This document shows positions 62,058 to 64,000 of a stretch of DNA of 64,000 nt, piece after piece. Source of the DNA: Heptranchias perlo (lineage: Eukaryota); assembly GCF_035084215.1 (NCBI RefSeq), contig NC_090349.1, forward strand, positions 10,168,001 through 10,232,000, written 5' to 3'. Both the position numbers and the translations under genes were made by a program. Under the pieces are notes generated by a model. The model was not told the origin of the DNA and did not search any database. It saw nothing but the letters and a program-made list of their open reading frames with translations. How positions within the stretch are numbered: position 1 is the first letter of the stretch; each line of letters begins with the position of its first letter.

Positions 62058-64000
62058 CCTCATGGCCTGGCATATTCCTCACTCTACCATTACCAACAAG
62101 CCAGGGGATCAACCCTGGTTCAATGAGGAGTGTAGAAGAGCATGCCAGGAGCAGCACCAAGCGTACCTGAAAATGAATTGCCAATCTGGTGAAGCTACAA
62201 CACAGGATTACATGCATGCTAAACAGCGGAAGCAACATGCTATAGACAGAACTAAGCAATTCCACAACCAACAGATCAGATCAAAGCTCTGCAGTCCTGC
62301 CACATCCAGTCGTGAATGGTGGTGGACAGTTAAACAACTAACAGGAGGAGGAGCCCCTGTAAACATCCCCATCCTCAATGATGGCAGAGTCCAGCAAGTG
62401 AGTGCAAAAGACAAGGCTGAAGTGTTTGCAACCATCTTCAGCCAGAAATGCTGAGTAGATGATCCATCTCGGCCTCCTCCCGATATCCCCACCATCACAG
62501 AAGCCAGTCTTCAGCCAATTCGATTCACTCCACGTGATATCAAGAAACGGCTGAGTGCACTGCATAGAGCAAAGACTATGGGCCCCGACAACATCCCAGC
62601 TGCAATGCTGAAGATTTGTGCTTCAGAACTTGTGGCGCCTCTAGCCAAGCTGTTCCAGTACAGCTACAACACTGGCATCTACCCGACAATGTGGAAAATT
62701 GCCGAAGTATGTCCTGTTCACAAAAACCAGGACAAATCCAATCTGGCCAATTACCGCCCCATCAGTCTACTCTCAATCATCAGCAAAGTGATGGAATGTG
62801 TTGTCGACAGTGCTATCAAGCGGCACTTACCAATAACCTGCTCACCGATGCTCAGTTTGGGTTTCGCCAGGACCACTCAGCTCCAGACCTCATTACAGCC
62901 TTGGTCGAAACATGGACAATAGAGCTGAATTCCAGAGGTGAGGTGAGAGTAACTGCCCTTGACATCAAGGCAGCATTTGACCGAGTGTGGCACCAAGGAG
63001 CCCGAGTAAAATTGAAGTCAATGAGAATCAGGGGCAAAACTCTTCAGTGGCTGGAGTCATACCTAGCACAAAGGAAGATGGTAGTGGTTGTTGGAGGCCA
63101 ATCATCTCAGCCCCAGGACATTGCTGCAAGAGTTCCTCAGGGCAGTCGTGGCAAAACCATCTTCAGCTGCTTCATTAATGACCTTCCCTCCATCATAAGG
63201 TCAGAAATCGGGATGTTCGCTGATGATTGCACAGTGTTCAGTTCCATTCGCATCCCCTCAGATAATGAAGCAGTCCATGCCCGCATGCAACAAGACCTGG
63301 ACAACATCCAGGCTCGGGCTCATAAGTGACAAGTAACATTCAGGCCAGACAAGTGCCAGGCAATGACCATCTCCAACAAGAGAGAATCTAACCACCTCCC
63401 CTTGACATTCAATGGCATTACCATCGCCGAATCCCCCACCATTAACATCCTGGGGGTCACCATTGACCAGAAACTTAACTAGACCAGCCACATAAATACT
63501 GTGGCTACAAGAGCAGGTCAGAGGCTGGGTATTCTGCAGCGAGTGACTCACCTCCTGACTCCCCAAAGCCTTTCCACCATCTACAAGGCACAAGTCAGGA
63601 GTGTGATGGAATACTCTCCACTTGCCTTGATGAGTGAAGCTCCAACAACACTCAAGAAGCTCGACACCATCCAGGACAAAGCAGCCCACTTGATTTGCAC
63701 CCCATCCACCACCCTAAACATTCACTCCCTTCACCACTGGTGCACAGTGGCTGCAGTGTGTACCATCCACAGGATGCACTGCAGTAACTCGCCACGGCTT
63801 CTTCAACAGCACCTCCCAAGCCCACGACCTCTACCACCTAGAAGGACAAGAGCAGCAGGCACATGGGAACAACACCACCTGCACGTTCCCCTCCAAGTCA
63901 CTCACCATCCCGACTTGGAAATATATCGCCGTTCCTTCATCGTCACTGGGCCAAAATCCTGGAACTCCCTTCCTAACAGCACTGTGGGAGAACCTTCACC
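62058..64000 (+). mobile_element. 5'-truncated copy of the tRNA-headed LINE family, running off the window
   Basis: KPGDQPWFNEEC, MGPDNIP, NYRPISLLS, MFADDCT; highly similar to 49595-51520. Confidence 0.9.

Noticed and set aside
1-64000. Prokaryote-type features (CRISPR arrays, operons, rRNA) and true tRNA genes
   Set aside because: None seen. The tRNA-like sequences are SINE/LINE heads, and most short ORFs in the track are LINE fragments or their antisense shadows.

Overview
Eukaryotic, repeat-rich, AT-rich genomic DNA, almost certainly from a cartilaginous fish (shark). This rests on the cluster-type Ig organisation and the CR1, L2, Deu-SINE, Penelope-like and Harbinger repeats. About half of the window is decayed transposon sequence. 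The unique sequence holds two clear genes. (1) A complete immunoglobulin light-chain minicluster on + at 3.8-9.05 kb: octamer/TATA promoter, leader, V, 23-RSS, 12-RSS, J and C. Its C region looks lambda (type II)-like, but V and J are split and apparently rearrangeable, whereas chondrichthyan lambda genes are generally described as germline-joined. (2) About 20 kb downstream, a non-rearranging single VJ-type IgV transmembrane receptor on + at 29.5-38.9 kb. It resembles the PD-1/CTLA-4/CD28/NKp30 group, has four cytoplasmic tyrosine motifs (three ITIM or ITIM-like) and shows a leader-exon phase anomaly. More speculative candidates are a two-exon, Cys-rich, cystine-knot-like (Spaetzle/neurotrophin/IL-17-type spacing) sequence on - at 57.6-61.2 kb and an orphan signal-peptide exon on - at 1.1 kb. 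Also present are single-ORF LINEs with tRNA-like 5' heads and a matching SINE, a 74-bp perfect palindrome and a 42-bp templated insertion. Family assignments come from motif recognition by eye, with no database search. Transposon boundaries are approximate.
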